Shown here in pieces: positions 28,351 to 44,147 of a DNA stretch of 64,000 bases. This stretch comes from the human T2T-CHM13v2.0 reference genome, Homo sapiens. Position numbers and translations under genes: made by a program. Every line of letters begins with the position of its first letter. Within the stretch, counting starts at the first letter, position 1. Below the pieces are notes generated by a model. It made no database searches and was not told the DNA's origin. It saw only the letters and a list, made by a program, of their open reading frames with translations. The stretch lies in assembly GCF_009914755.1 (NCBI RefSeq), contig NC_060929.1; one strand, given 5' to 3'.

Positions 28351-30287
28351 AAAAAGCCATAATCTGGAAGAACTTCAAAATCTAGGAATCCAGGTAAATC
28401 ATGATTTAGCTTTTACCAACTTTAACCAAAGTCTTCCCTGGTGCTACAGTCAGTACTAAAGAAAAGCTATTACAAAGCTATTATGTTAAGTAATTACAAT
28501 TTTGTCTGCTTCAACTTCTTATACCTGTGTCTTTGTCATGTATATAATTATGCAGAGGGAAAACACCCTAAGCTCAAATGAAATAAAAGATTTCAGTTTA
28601 TGCCCACACGGACCTTGTCAAGTAGCCAATGACTTGCCCTTTCATTGTGAGTGACTAATATCAATGCTGGCTCTAAAGAAAGACACTTTTCATAATCGCC
28701 CAACAATCTGCTAAGTGAAAACATATGGATAGGCTTAGGGAACGCCTGCCAGGGGTCTTGGCAGAATGGAAAACAGGTGCTCTCATTCTGTGCCACGTAA
28801 TACCCCATTTACCCCCAAGTCCAAAGGTTATAGGACTAATAGCTGCCTTGTGGTAATCAGGGAAAGCCAAGACACTGGCCCCGGTGAAACATCTGGGACA
28901 TATTTTACATACTTCCAACATATGCTTCAGGTTCAATTAAAGTGAGGCTTTGGCACATTTATTAATCTTTTTTACTTTTATCCTATAAGAGGACCCACTG
29001 ACCTGACCTTACTATTATACCATATGAGAAAACAGAAATAATGAGAGCTAGAGGTCAGTACCTGCTCGTATGGCAAAGAACACATTTGTTTTCTCATGAA
29101 ATTCCATTACCCATGACTGTGTACACAAACTTTAAATAAAGGAACCAACGAATTTTTTAAAGTAGGAAATTACCCTTCTTCCACTCAGACACACTGATAG
29201 CCAAGACGTAACATTTACCGCTGTGAAAGCCTGTCGAGATGGAAGATGGAACCTTGCAGGATCCTTTCTCATTTCCATTTCTTATAGGAAAAACTATATT
29301 TCAAGATGTCCACAAGATTCTTCCCTCTATTATTCAAGCACTTAAAAGCCTACTGTAAATTATTACATTTGAGATTTTATTCAGATATGATTTTTATGCT
29401 ATCAATTGCATTATGAGTAAAAAAGAAAAACCTCCTTTTTTATCGCTCAAATAAAAGGGTTGGATTTATGAAAATCAGCTCACAGTCCTTTCACATGGAA
29501 AACACACTGCTTGTCGGCATCCTGTACAGAAGAATACAGTTGAATTCACACTGCAATTTAAGCACTCACTTTCAATCAACTTTGGTAACTAGATCTGAAA
29601 ATGTGTTAGAAGCAGGGTGTCAATTTCAGACTACCAAACACTAGATTACAATAGATGTTACTCCAGAGATTTGGTGTTGTTTCCCCCGGGCATGTTCCAC
29701 TTGACATCTATGTTTTGGTGAGCTGGTTAACCAGGTGTGCCTATTTCTCATATCTAACATCCTCTCCATTAAAAATGGCCATAAAACGGGGAGAGATTAG
29801 AAGTACAGAATATCAACAAACTGACTAAAAACATAGGTTGACTTCAAACAGGGACATTAAGTACTAGACTTCACTAAGGGTTTCCATTTATTAACATTTC
29901 TGGGGAAATGCCTGCTGCTGGGGTGGATCTTTATGGTGGCTTTAATAATAAAGCAGCAACAAGCAAGAGAAAACGGCCATAAATGGATGGCAGCTCAGTG
30001 TTTATCAGCAGAGAAATGATGATTCAGAGCTGGCATATTGAGTTAAAATACAAGCTCTCTACAGCTCTACAACTGACCTTAGCAATAAATCATATCATTT
30101 ATTGCCAGAAGTGTATGCTCATGTTATTTAACATTAAAAACAAGCACATATGTGTTTTTGCAGGAAGGAGATTTTGTTAGTTTATGTTTGATGATGTTGC
30201 TAATGACTAAATGATGTACAGAAGAAAAATTTCACATAAAAGCTCTGTCGATTTAAAAATGTTTGAAATAGCGTTAGAAGGGAGAAA

Positions 30288-30325
<38 letters not shown>
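30288..30325. repeat. (GT)n microsatellite about 1.15 kb downstream (gene sense) of the 54-nt exon
   Basis: gtgtgcgtgtgt...gtgt, about 19 units with one interruption. Confidence 0.95.
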
Positions 30326-30327
<2 letters not shown>

Positions 30328-31477
30328 CTGTTTTCCTTCAAGCATTGATTAGGAAAAAAATCATGTGGAGAGTTAACTAATCACTGAATTTTTTGACATT
30401 TCTCGTGTATGCTTTCAACACACAAATTATTTTATCTTTGGAGACACAGCCTTTGGTGGCACACAAATTCTTACACTGGGATATAACTGTACATCTTTAC
30501 TGGAATCAAAGGTCAAGGGCATAAATTAAAATATACTGTTTTCCTCCTTTCTTCAAAAAAAAAATTCACTGCTTTACTACAATATAAGTCAGATTCTGGT
30601 GAAGGTAAAAAAATCTGGTTTTACACGCCAAACAACGTGGAAATAACTAACGATTTTCTCTCCTCTGCCTCCCAATCTCACCCTAGGACTTTTTAGATTT
30701 TAGGTCTGGAAATGTCCAGAGATGATGATGTAACAGCATCACTATCCTCCTTGCCATAGAAAGCAGTAGTTCCAACCCCAGCCACTGCTGCAGTGGTGCA
30801 AGATCATTCTAATTCCTACCTCCAGTTGTCCCCCCTCCCTAGGGGACAACCAATCCAAGCAGTCCCAGAAACTGCTGTTATTTACTGTGGTCACCCTCCC
30901 CAAATCAACCAGCGATCAAATATAAGCCTCTCTGAATGGGCTTTCCTAATGGAGAAACCACGTGGCCATTCCAAACCTCGGCAAGGGCGGTGAGCACTGG
31001 GGTTATTTAAATGTCCTCTGGAGCACTCGGCACATTCATGTCCTTTTGCTGAGCAATTGTTTGAAAATTACAGATGACAATATCCATGTTCAACTCATGC
31101 AGGCTATTTTTCCACTCTCTCTTCCCCCAAAGCATGGCCCGATTTGTAATACTCAAAATAGGACAAATTTTTGCCCTTCAACAACAGTCATCACTGCTGT
31201 TATCTTCACGAGAGCTATCAAGTTCCAGACAAGCTGAATTATTTTTTTGTTTGTTCCTGGCAGAAAAATATTTGACCCAGCTCTGGACAAAAGCAAAGAG
31301 GATTTATAGCCTTCTCTCCCTCTTTGCAACACGCAGTGGCATTGTTAGGATGATAAACAGCACTGTCCAATTTTCTGGACTCAAACACTTCAACTCCTTT
31401 TTTAACTGTCTGTGAAAACAGTGTCATGTCTACATTTCCCCATCCCCAGGTACCCAAGTGCTGGGAAAGATAATTAC

Positions 31478-31531
31478 CTTGTCATCTTTGTCATCTTCTT
31501 CTTCCTCGTCCTCTAGCATGTCCTCCACTAC
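31478..31531 (-). CDS. MCTP1: MCTP1 internal coding exon (54 nt, phase 0/0), acidic loop VVEDMLEDEEEEDDKDDK
   Basis: Acceptor cttctgtttctctctgcag|GTA, 18 open codons, donor AAG|gtaatt. The spliced peptide ...KDNRQRDT|VVEDMLEDEEEEDDKDDK matches recalled MCTP1. The next exon (DSEKKGF...) was not found in this window. Confidence 0.96.
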
Positions 31532-34500
31532 CTGCAGAGAGAAACAGAAGTCGTTTTTTGTGCTCTTAAAGGAGAGAATTTTGTTCTGTCATTTTGAACC
31601 TTTTGGAAATGAAAACTTTATTAACATTTGAAACAGGCACACTGAGAAGGGATATTTGATCTAGAGAGAGTGATTAGGAAAATGCTCTGCCTTTAATTGA
31701 TGAAAACCAGGGAACCAAATCCCAGTTAGGAGAACCGGATTTATGTGAAATGTTTTGTGACAACCTAAAGAATTTGAAATATGCATAAGGTAAACCAATA
31801 TTAATTTGGGGGATGCTTTAAATCAGGAAATTTCCCTTCTACCGATTCTGCTGTCTGTATTAATCAGGCACTTTAAATTGAGAACTAGATAACTAGGCAT
31901 GAAACAGCTCTGCTATTTCTAATTTACTTTTCACCAAACTCTAAGATTAAAAAACCATGTCTGTTAATTGATTCATGCTGGTGGTCTATGGCATAAAACT
32001 AACAACATATTTTATGGCCCAAATTTTAATTCTTATGTATAAATGTCAAGTCTTGCCTCTCTCTTTTTGATTTTGTGGATTACCCAAAACTCTCATTTTA
32101 ATTCTCTGTGATTTTATACAAGAATATCATGAGAATGCATAGTATAATAAAATGAAACTTAAAATAATATATAATTACATGTGTATAGTGTGTGTATAAC
32201 CCACATGGTTGGATATGCATGTATGTATTTTTTAACGGCTATTTAGCCTACCTCAGCAGAATGGAACAGTCATTTTGGATTTACCAAATAACTTCCCTTT
32301 GCCTTGATCAACATATAACCATAGGCATTCAGAATGGGACTTCACTCCATTTCAGGCTTTTTAAAATTGTTTTCCACACTTCACAAACATACACATATGC
32401 ATGCCACAGAAACCTACAGTTTAAAAAACTGTGGGAGAAGTGTTGTTATTCAAGTAAGACCCAACTTATTGTGTTTGACATTTGATATGGTTTTTAAATT
32501 CCTGTGTCTTTTTTTTTTTCCTGATCTTGTATCTCTGAATAGACTCAACAGAATCATGGTTATCAAATACTTTAAAACTTTTCTCCCAAAGCTCATATTA
32601 GAGGACAGAGACACCTAGCCCTCCTTTCCTGTTTTTGTTTTTTTTTGATACAAACAGGAATATTCTATTGGTGTACACTTTAATAACCAAGACTGTATTA
32701 TGAAAAGAGTTACATAAACTGAGATAACATATCAGAACTCCGTTATTCCTAATAATTTTTCTCAAATATTCTAAAAGCATTAACTGATTTAAAAGCATAA
32801 CCCAAACACAAACCTCCAGGTCTCATGAACGAATATATAATGAAAGCATCTGACAACCTGTGAGACTGTTCTTAATTTAATGTCATGCTTTAAATCTTCT
32901 GTTAAATGGTAGAATTTTGAGGTCTTTCATTTGGACATTCAGCTTTCAAAAGAATCACAGTGGTGCAATATGCAGTTTTGCATATCTGATGAGAGCTTAC
33001 ACTTACTTCGGAGACATATAAAGCAATGAAGCTTCAACAAGAAAGATGGACTCTTGACAGTCTCTCTAACTATATTCAGCTACTCCATAGCATTTATTAT
33101 AAACCCCTTTGTCCAAGGCACATAGTGCTAGGTAATGTGGGAATACACAGATAACCCACAAATACTTCCTTCTTTACTCCTATCAGCCCTCAAATGGCTT
33201 ATAATCCAGTAAAATTTAAACAGGGTTGATCAGATAAGCTTTCATGTTAACCTTTCATTTCCTCACATTTAAAGTATTCACATCACAAATACAAAGACAA
33301 TAGTGACAATATATAGTTGAAGTGATATATGCCAGGCTATTCCAAATTGGGCTATTTGTGAGGGAGGTTTAAGATGGAAAAGAAGCTGCATTGGTACATT
33401 TTGTTGCATCAGAAGAATTCACCTAACACTTGTAAGATTTTCTGAAATGATGATTATTTTGTAGCTGTAATAAAATTATCTTTTAGATTTAAATGAAGTA
33501 TTTTTTTTTTTTTGCTGAAATTACCCATGCAGATTCTTATCAAATACATCAAGGAAAATGAGATGAATACTATACTTTTACTCCTGTGAATAAAGTCATT
33601 ATTGTAGCTACTTATAATTAAGAATGTATAATATGCCTCCTCTCTGCAGTACTTACTATCATATTTCAGGTGCTATGAAGGCAGGATGGTGGTGGGCTGT
33701 GCTTAGCAGATTGTCAGGTACATAATAGGTGTTCAAGAAATATTTGTTGATTGAGTGAACAGGTGAATGCATCATCTACCCTTCATATCATTTAACACAC
33801 TTGTGGGTAAAGTGTCTATCATGTATCTCACAGAACTGACTTAGTTCACCTGGAAGGACTTATACCTAATCAATGATGCAGATTTATAAAAGCAAATATT
33901 CAAAATGCTTTCAAACATTTGCCTGGGAATAGAACCCATGAATATTTAACCATTAAGGTTGGAGAATCTCCACTATCTTCAAATTAATTTTCAAAAATTC
34001 AAAATAAGATTAAGCCATAAACAAGCCAGTAGCTTAATTTACACATTTTACAGATCAGCTGTGGATCTTATGTTCAAGTATGACTCAAAGAGGTCTACAG
34101 AATCAGGCTCTTCATTTGCAAAACCCAAACTGTTCTTACCCTGCACAAGTGGGTAATTGGCTACGCACAATTGCTCCACAAATGTGCAGCCAGAACCACC
34201 CAATACAACCATTTGCTTTTACATTTGGCAGAAAAGTGTTGTGTTAGTGAGAGGCCTTTTTGCTGTGTTTTAGCGCTCTAGTGAGGGCCTTTCCCCTCCT
34301 CCAGTGCCTTTTTAAAGTTACATCATAAACATCTACAAGTGAGGATTTATAATATAGATGGTTTCCTATCGATGCCTTTAAGCTGCTTCCGAACATACCC
34401 CACTATTACATTTTGCTCAGGTGAAGCTGAAGGTGCCTTAGAAAATGGAGATGATAATAGCACCTATCTCACAGTGTTGAGGATCCAATGAGATAATGCA

Positions 34501-37500
34501 TAAGAGCGCTTAATACAGTTCCTGTGTCAAAGGAAGTACTCAAAAATGTTAGCTATTAATAAAAATAAAATAACATCAAGTTACTATTTTAAACATTCAT
34601 TTTTGGAAATTAAATAATATATTTTTTCCTGGACAAAATATTCTGTGCTCTTAATGACACACAAAATTCTGATTCATGTTTTCACTGACCATAAGAAACA
34701 CATAGAGGGGTACAGGTAGAAGTGTGGATAAAGATTCCAAATTAAAATGATGATGCTTTCACAACTAATTTTCAGGCTTTAATGGTCCAGTGAAATGGAT
34801 GGCTTTGAGGACAAGAGTGTCTCAGAAGCTGAGCTGTGCTTTAAGACATGAGCTCTAGCCAAATGCAATGAACATCGAAACTGCAAACTGAGCTTTTAAA
34901 AACAAACTGTATATATTACTGAAGTGCATTTAATGACTGCACAAAATTGCAACCCTTCCCAGAGAAAACAAATACCACCGCTATTTAGGATGAGAGTGCT
35001 GGAGTTTAACACTTAACTAAGGAAAACAAAAGAAGGGAGTCCTGGTATCAAATTCTAGCTCTTTCCTCTTCAAATAAAACCAAATAAGCACTACATCGTT
35101 TTGTTTTCAAGTATACAAAGTCCAGTTGCCCAAACACTTGTGGGCAATAATTTAATGAACAACATACACTATACATAGGATTTCCTTGAAGGGGAAAAAA
35201 TGAAGAGTGACGAAAAATCATGTAGTAGAAAAGATACATTTACGAAGTTCGGTTTTTTCTCTTTTTTCTTAAGGGGGAATATCACAGATCGGCTCTAGAA
35301 TTCTCTTTCCAAATTATGCTTTCTGATACCTCGCTTGAAAGCAAGTAGTATTAATCAAACAAAGGAAGGGCACTAGGGAAATCAGAAAGATGTAATGCAA
35401 GCAGTTAAAAGTGACATGACCTTCTGTAATGTCGCTCGTCACAGACTTATGTGCCACACAGTCGAGGAAGGTCTTGAAAGAAACTGATTCTTGGTACTAT
35501 TCCTTGAATGTAATACTAATAAAGATGACATTTAAAAAAACACACATAGACAGCCCCAAATGCAGCATGCCAGCTACATTGCAGCCAGAGAGTAAGTAGA
35601 CAACATTATTTTAAAAAGCATATTTCTTCCTCTATATTCAATATTTGCTGAACATTTGTCATTAACATAAAATATAATATGTGGCCATACATTTAAAAAA
35701 TACATTTCCAAAATTAAACAAAATTGTATCTATAGACCATATATTTTATGTGGTTTTAGAGGAGCTCTCGTACTGTTACAAGACTTCTAATTGTAATCCA
35801 ACACAACAAAACACATCTTGATTTGCAAGGAAAATGTTATTTGACTGGAAATGTTAATAGTGATGTCAATAATCTGAATAAAAACATGACATGTTTGGTA
35901 TTATTCTCCCGGAACAAAAATGTATAAGAGAGGTGACCAGAAGGATGCAGTAACAAGAAAACCAATGATGAAAGGATGAGGAAAAGTGGGTTCAGGTAGA
36001 CTTCATTATTAAAATCATTATGGGATAGTGGATACTAATTATTGCTTTTTAACACCAATTTAAGGTATATGTTTAATATGACAAGAGGGGGTTAAAAGGC
36101 CCATGAATTATTTTTAAAACACTTCATATTATAATTTTTCCATGAGTAAATTCTTCCACTTATTTAAATCCCTTCAAACAAAAAGGAACCAAAAAAGATC
36201 TTGGTTATGTTAACCTTGGAAGGATTGAGTACTCTGCAACCAAACCTTTCAAAAGCCAGTGCTGATACAAACCAGTTTCTTTCGTGTGTTTACTTCTTTT
36301 CCTTGGAATTAAATGGATGTTTTGCTATGTTCAAAATGAATAGTTGCACAACTCAAATTGCTTTACTCAAATATGGTCTATAAAAATGCAACACGTTTAC
36401 ACATTTAAAGAAGAAATCACTGCTGTCCAGATGTGCAACCATGTTAAAATATTAAAGAAAACTGACACAAAAGAAAGAAGTTTCATATTTAGTTTCATAT
36501 TCATAGATCATCCAAACTTGTACAGATGCTTATATTTGGATACGTTGCAAACTAAATGCCTATTTCTACCCTAGAGATACGGAAGAATTTGGGGAGGGTA
36601 GTATTCTTCAACACAGTCTGGAGTTCATTTATATCACTGTGTTTGTGCATAAACCAAGCAGAACATGCATTTATGTGCCAATTGGTTTATTATACGTGTA
36701 AGTATGATATGAAATGATGGAATGTCTATTGATGGAGAAGACGCATATAATCACTCAAATGATTTCAAATCACTTGAAAGTACCAAAGGTCAGGCTAAAG
36801 ACTTTTGTGGTAAGATCTTTATAGGTGTGCTAGTGCAGACATTTTTACGACAGGACACCTACTTCTCACAAGATTTTTGAGAAGAAACTTTTGCAAACTG
36901 GTATAATTAATTGTATACATAATTCACTCCACGTTTGTAAGAATAATAAGATTCAATCAAGTCTGGGATATACTGTTTCATCCAGTACATCTCGAAAGCA
37001 ACTGCATATATGATGGCTGCTTAGTTTGATTCACGCTATTAAGGATTTGACCTTGGAGTATTTCAGCTACAGTAGTCATCAAGATAACTGAACCACTAGA
37101 TGTAATAATAATTAGTGTGATAGGCTTGCCAGGGAGGCTGAATATATTGCAGTACAAAAGAAGGCAGAATAAAAAAAAAAGCATTAGTACTTACTGCTAA
37201 AAGACTTCCTGATTTTTACAGAGACACTCAAATACAATTATTCTTCTCACAAAATGCATTTCCTTGGCTCATTCTGGGAAGTGCCACGTTGTAATTTAGT
37301 CTGATTCTTAATAAGGAATGTGGCTTTAATGTGGCTATCAGATGACTTTTGATGCATGCCACTGATTACGTACAGCATGGCTTCTGCATCATCAACAGCA
37401 GTATTTGCTGTATAATCTGGTTTGCCATAAGGTGCAAAGACAGTAAATTTACTTTACTGACCAAAAAGTATGTTACCTTTTATTTTCTTAAGTGTCAGCT

Positions 37501-39899
37501 TAATATGCAGAAAAACTCTTCCATTAAGAAAGGCGAAACAATAACAAATTCTATAATCAGTATAAGCCTCTTAAATTTCTTTTCATATTTCCTTTTCGGT
37601 ATTCTTAAGTGTTCATTCTTATTCTCACACAAAGCACTATGAACAGAATTCTAGAGTTTATTTGAACTCTGTCTCCATCTAAAGGCTTTACAATGTATTG
37701 GGTTTTTCACTTGCAGGAAAATTCTAATCTTGGTGTCTTTAGGATATTGCATATTAATTCAATTGAGTAGGAAAAAATAGGTCAACTATTAACCTGGAAT
37801 GTGCTTTTTAAATAATAATGCTTTTATGAAACTATATTATTTGTCAAGGGAAAAAAGTATACACCAAAGGCCAAAAAATTGAGTTGTTTAATGTGCTTTG
37901 CAAGTAAAATTAAAAGCTAACTCTACTCACCACGAATCTACTTTATAAAATTTAATGTTTTCAAAATATTTTATACATTAATAACAGAGTACAAATAAAA
38001 AAGAAAATTATGTACTTATGCCTCTATATTTAGAACCAATTTTTCCATTCCAGAACCTCAACTTTGTAACAAAAAGGCATAATTTTAAATGTTTCAAACT
38101 CTGAAAATCTTAGAAATTGTTTTTAAGTGTCTAATAAAAGGTACACATTATTTAAAAAAATTTCTGTAAAGCAAGAAAAGGGAGCTGCTGTGACATTTTA
38201 AAGAGTAGCATGTCCTGCAATCTTCCAAATATCCTTTGCTCCAACCCCATCAATAATTTTGGGAGCTGCAATAGGCAAGTTATTTTTCAGGTAAATGCAC
38301 AGTTTAGCACAAGTATGCAAAATACTATGGAAATATTGGAATATATTTCCATATATGATTCCATATATGGAATAGTACTGAAAATACTACACTTTGGGAA
38401 CATTAGGGATCTTTAAAGAATATACTTTGAAAACAACAACAACAAAAAATTTATCTTGGAGATTAATGCCAGCAGACTTTTGGACCATATTGATCTGTTA
38501 GGTTTGATTCACTTAAATTTACAGCAGCTCCCTATTTTAAGCAATCTGTTTTGGGTCATAAAGAGGGTGAGTGGAACGGGTGTACATTTGCAAAGAATAT
38601 TCTGACACTAATTTGAGTTTTCTTTTTCTTTTCTTTTCCATCTAGAACATTTTGAGGCCTGAGGACATTATGTCAGAGAATTTAACTTTAAAAATGGAGC
38701 ATGTTTTGTGTGTCAAAAAATCATAAAGTCAGAAAACTTCAGTTCTTTTCTTATATCCTTTTCTATAAATAATGATATTTTTTATCTTTTTTATATAAAG
38801 AATAATCACCTCACAAAAGAAAGTCCTAGTGGGTTTAGACCTACATTTGGACTGAAAAGAATGTCTGTGGTGAATGGTGAATTGTAGCATAAAAGCCTGA
38901 ATGAAAAGAATGTTCACGAAACTTCACACAAAACCTCCAAACCGTTATATCATGAGCTTCCCACAATATAACACAGAACTCTATATCCCAGGAAAAGCCT
39001 GCCTGGTCTACTTATCATTTCTGCTTTATGTAGTGTACTGTGTGATTGCTAAATTAGTGTATAATGCATTTATAATATTTATAGTACCAACATTTAGTTA
39101 AATAACCTTTAGGTAAGATTTATGTTGATTTTTTTTTATTTCTCATTTAATGGCAAATTATGAAGAGCAGGTTTCATAAAGATAATTCTCCATTTAAATT
39201 CATCAGTCCATTAAATATTAAAATTATGTTTCTGATGCAATCGAGAACAAATTTGTCCAGCTTCAGTGATTATTTGCACTCATAAAAATTAGGCTTGATT
39301 AATAAAATTTAAATGCTTGATTAAGTTGACATTTTCATGTTCCATTCTGATTTATTAGAATTAGTCTCCATCTCCAGGCCTGGTATGCTGGTGTAGGTTT
39401 ACCTTTCTCCTCCTCTTACCCGACATCCTGAGCGAGATGTTAGAAAGAAGAATTTTGCTTTTGGACTCAATGATGATTTCAGTGAAACGCCCTGTTCTTT
39501 GCTCATGGTACTGCCTGTCTTTGTCTTCATGCACGGTGCACAGTGGAGATTTGTATTACAATAATCAAGAAAAATGTTTCTTTTAAATATCTATGGATAT
39601 GACCTGTAAAATGGCATATGCTTATGGTATTTCTGTAAAATTCAGTTACTAAGGTGCTTTAAATTGTTGAAGATTGCTTTGCTCAAATTTCTTTATATGC
39701 TTTTATTGATAAAAATACAGTTTTTATTTTTGTGGGACTTCCGTACACATTGCAAGGGGACTATGGATACAGGAAATCTTACTGTGGCAATGCTATTATC
39801 TTTGCCTACAGGCTTAAAACCAAGAAAAATGACTCACGGCCATGAAAAACCATTCTCTTCCACAGGACTTACAAGGGAACTCTTCAAGAGAGATAGTGA

Positions 39900-40195
<296 letters not shown>

Positions 40196-42474
40196 GCACT
40201 TACTCTATGCTTAACATGTTATGTTAATTGTCTCTTAAATTCTTAGAAGACTCCAACAAGGTACCTATTGTCCCCATTTTATTGGTGAGGAAATTGAAGC
40301 ATAGCAGAATGAATAACCTTGTATAGCTAACAAGTAGAAGGTTTGGAATTTAATCCCAGATCTTCCGAATTTCAAAGCTTGGGCTTTTAACCTCAAGCCA
40401 CTGGAAAGATACAGCGGTAACTCTTATCTTAAAGGTGTTTTTGCTGTTGCCTATGGGAGTATAACCCATTTGAAAACTTTATTTAGGTAAACTGACTTTC
40501 TCTTGTTTAAGCAAGGCTACCAGAACATTCAGTTAGTTTTTAAAGAACTGATAGAGTATACTAGTTTCTTTTTGTTGTATAATGAAGTAAATTCAGTAAG
40601 TAACAAATGACAAAAAATGTCCTTGAAGGTATATTTTAGTTTGGTCACTAAAACATACTGTTTCAGTTCTATGTACACAAGGGTAGAAACACCTTAAAGT
40701 TGTATGCTCTTGACAAAGGTATCTCATACAACGCTTTAAAAAATGAACACAAAACTCTCAGCGTTATTGGACTCCTAATACTTCTGATTTATAAACACTT
40801 TCCACAAGCAGATAAAGACATATCATTTGTTTTCCACTTTTAGCTTGTTAATTGGGGTCTTATAATTTCTTGTCACCTTTCCGAACCAAGGACAATAATT
40901 CTCCACAAATATATGAAACTCTCTGCTACCATCACCCTTCCCCCACCACCACCAAACAGAGAACAATGATCAAGACTAGAAATGCAAACTAGTTCTAAGG
41001 TCATGAGTCAGGCCGAAGGTGCTTCTGTTGGCCCCTTTTTCTCCCTCCCTCCCTCCCCATGTTTAGAATAGTTTGGCTCTCTGCCAAGAGGAGAGTGCAA
41101 AGTCATTTAGAAAGAACAATCAGGAAATCGGTAGGATAACACATCCACCCTCAAACCAGAATTGTGGGTATCCTTTTTTCCTCCCCAGTCTTACATCTCA
41201 ATTACGGAAATGGCGAAGTCCTGGGGGCAGATATTTGGAAGAACAGAAATGATAAGACCCTTTGGCAGACATATGGGTGGACGCTTTGGAGAACCATCAA
41301 GATGGTGAATTCTTTGGATCCATGGAAGGATTTGAGGGGTTTAGGAAGCTGGTTTTTCAGTGACTCTCTGGGGCTCCAGGGTTCAACTGCAGCTCAAATA
41401 AGTGAAAATCAACCATTTATGGGAGCACTAATTTCAGATTTCCTTCACAGCTGCCAAAAACAATTCATTTGATAGAAAAGGAGTTGGGGAAGAAATCCTC
41501 TATAAGAACTAAGAGTACCTCTTTGCCTCATCATATTCTTATATGCATCTCTGGAGAACTGAGCAAGGTGGGAAGAATTCAGGAAGATGGTGGAGGCTAA
41601 AATATGAGAGTAACTGGAAACAACCTCTAGGGCAACTACCACTAACTTTAAACTGGAAGTCTCTCTTCTGAGTCCTAATAGATCTAAAGCAAGAAGTGTG
41701 CATTCCAGTGAGGAGAATCTTTAGTAAATTGACTTTTAAAAATAGAAGTGTTTCCTTTACATCTTTCTCTATTTGAACTGACATGTCACGTACTGGTAAT
41801 ACTCATCTTCCACCATTCTACCATTTTATCTTTTCAATTTTAGGTTGGACTGCAGTTTGAGAATTGAGTAAAAGGATAGCCAATAAACTCAAAAAGTATT
41901 AAAACCAAACATGGAGTTACTAAGTGAAAGCAACAGACTGAGGCGTGAAGAACAAACAGTGGCCACAGGTAGATATTTAATCCCGTTTCATTATATATGC
42001 AGTACTCACACACATATATCTGGGACTATCTAAATGTCTTTTGACTAAACATTCTGCATGCTGTATACAGACCTCTTATCACTGCACCTATTATATTCAT
42101 GTATTCTATCAGTTGTTTGTTTCTCTCACTAGACCACAAACTGTCCTGGGCAAGGCGTGTGTCTTCATCATCTTTGAACCACAGTTTGTACTGTTAGTGC
42201 CTATAAATATTCAATAATATTTGTTGAATGAAAGTAATTTTGCATAAAAATTAGATAATTTTTATTTGGAAGGAAAGATCAGACTAAAATATTTTCATTC
42301 AAACATTTTTTGAGTAACTCAGAGCAAAATGGTCCGAGCCATTTTGCTGTGTTGAGATTAGACACACAAATGGAAGATTCAATTAGAACAATCTGAGGAG
42401 GACCCACAGTGAGCCAGTTATGATAATATACTGAGAGTGTTGTGATTTTTATTGTTATGATTTCTTTCTAATTT

Positions 42475-43033
42475 GGTCGTGAGGTCTGTCTCTTGAGAGT
42501 GACCATGAGCCACGATAGCCACTTTCTAGGAGTGCTCTGATGAGAGGAAAGTAAGACTCAGGTGTGTCAGTCACACGAGACACATTAAGGAGGTGAACCC
42601 AAAGTGCATAAAACAAGAAATTTAGTACTTACTGGTCCCAGAGAGGTTAGGGATGCCAATGGGAGGCCCAGGGAAGGCTGGAGGCCACAGGGAGCTCAAC
42701 CAGTGGGTGCGGCACGCAAGAGAAAAAGAGGACCCACCAGACTATGCCTTTATTAAGGTCCATGGATGTTATCCCGTGGCTGGTTTAAAGAGAGCACGAG
42801 GGGAAATGCTGACTTGGCTCCAGTGCTAACCATTAGGGTTCATCATGGTCAGCAGCTGTGGGGTGTGTTGGGTTAATAGGATGAGAAGCAAGTGGGCTGC
42901 AGCATAAACAACCACACAGAGAGGGTAAGCTTTAACTAGCCAAAGGGGACGGGTACTGCTAGGTTTCAAATAACTCATGTCGGGCCTTAAAATGGATGCC
43001 TAAGCAGCAACTATATGAAACAAATTTATGACA
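42475..43033 (-). mobile_element. ERVL-class solo LTR (MER76/MER74-like)
   Basis: Minus strand begins tgtcataaatttgtttcatatagttgctgcttaggcatccatttt and contains an internal aataaa; GC-richer than its flanks. Confidence 0.6.
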
Positions 43034-43357
43034 GACGTGGGAACTCAGAGGTGTGGGCTCACTTAACCTCTTAAGAGTATGAGTTGGTAGGGTCAGACTG
43101 GTAGTAGGGGGTGAGTGTCAGGGATGGTGCTCCAGAAGAAATAATAATGATAATTAGTGGTTACCCAGGCACAGCTGTATAAAATGTTAAAGGCTTAATG
43201 GGTGGCAAATTAATATTAACTACCAAAAACCTTCAAAATGCATATACTCTCACCCAGAAATTCTTCAAGGACTTTCCAAAGCATATTACCAGAAAGGGAC
43301 CCAAAAATTTCTTTAGGATTTTCTTTATAGTATTGAGAAGGCAAAATATTTCAAGCG

Positions 43358-43707
<350 letters not shown>

Positions 43708-43710
43708 TTA

Positions 43711-43998
<288 letters not shown>

Positions 43999-44147
43999 CT
44001 AAAATGCGTTAAAGGTGATTCAATTTTTGTAAAAAACAAAATATGTGTGATAAGAAATATACATTTACATTTGTAAGTATATTTTAAAGAAAACAGTAGA
44101 AGGCATAGAAAGAGTATATAGAATATTTGGGAAACTACAAGTATACT

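Noticed and set aside
34868-34890. gcaatgaacatcgaaact vaguely like 5.8S rRNA
   Set aside because: Too short and the flanks do not extend the match.
38325-38375. Short AT-rich inverted repeats (tatggaaatat/atatttccata; attccatatatggaat), similarly at ~50413-50448
   Set aside because: Short low-complexity stems expected by chance in AT-rich DNA; no ncRNA hallmarks.
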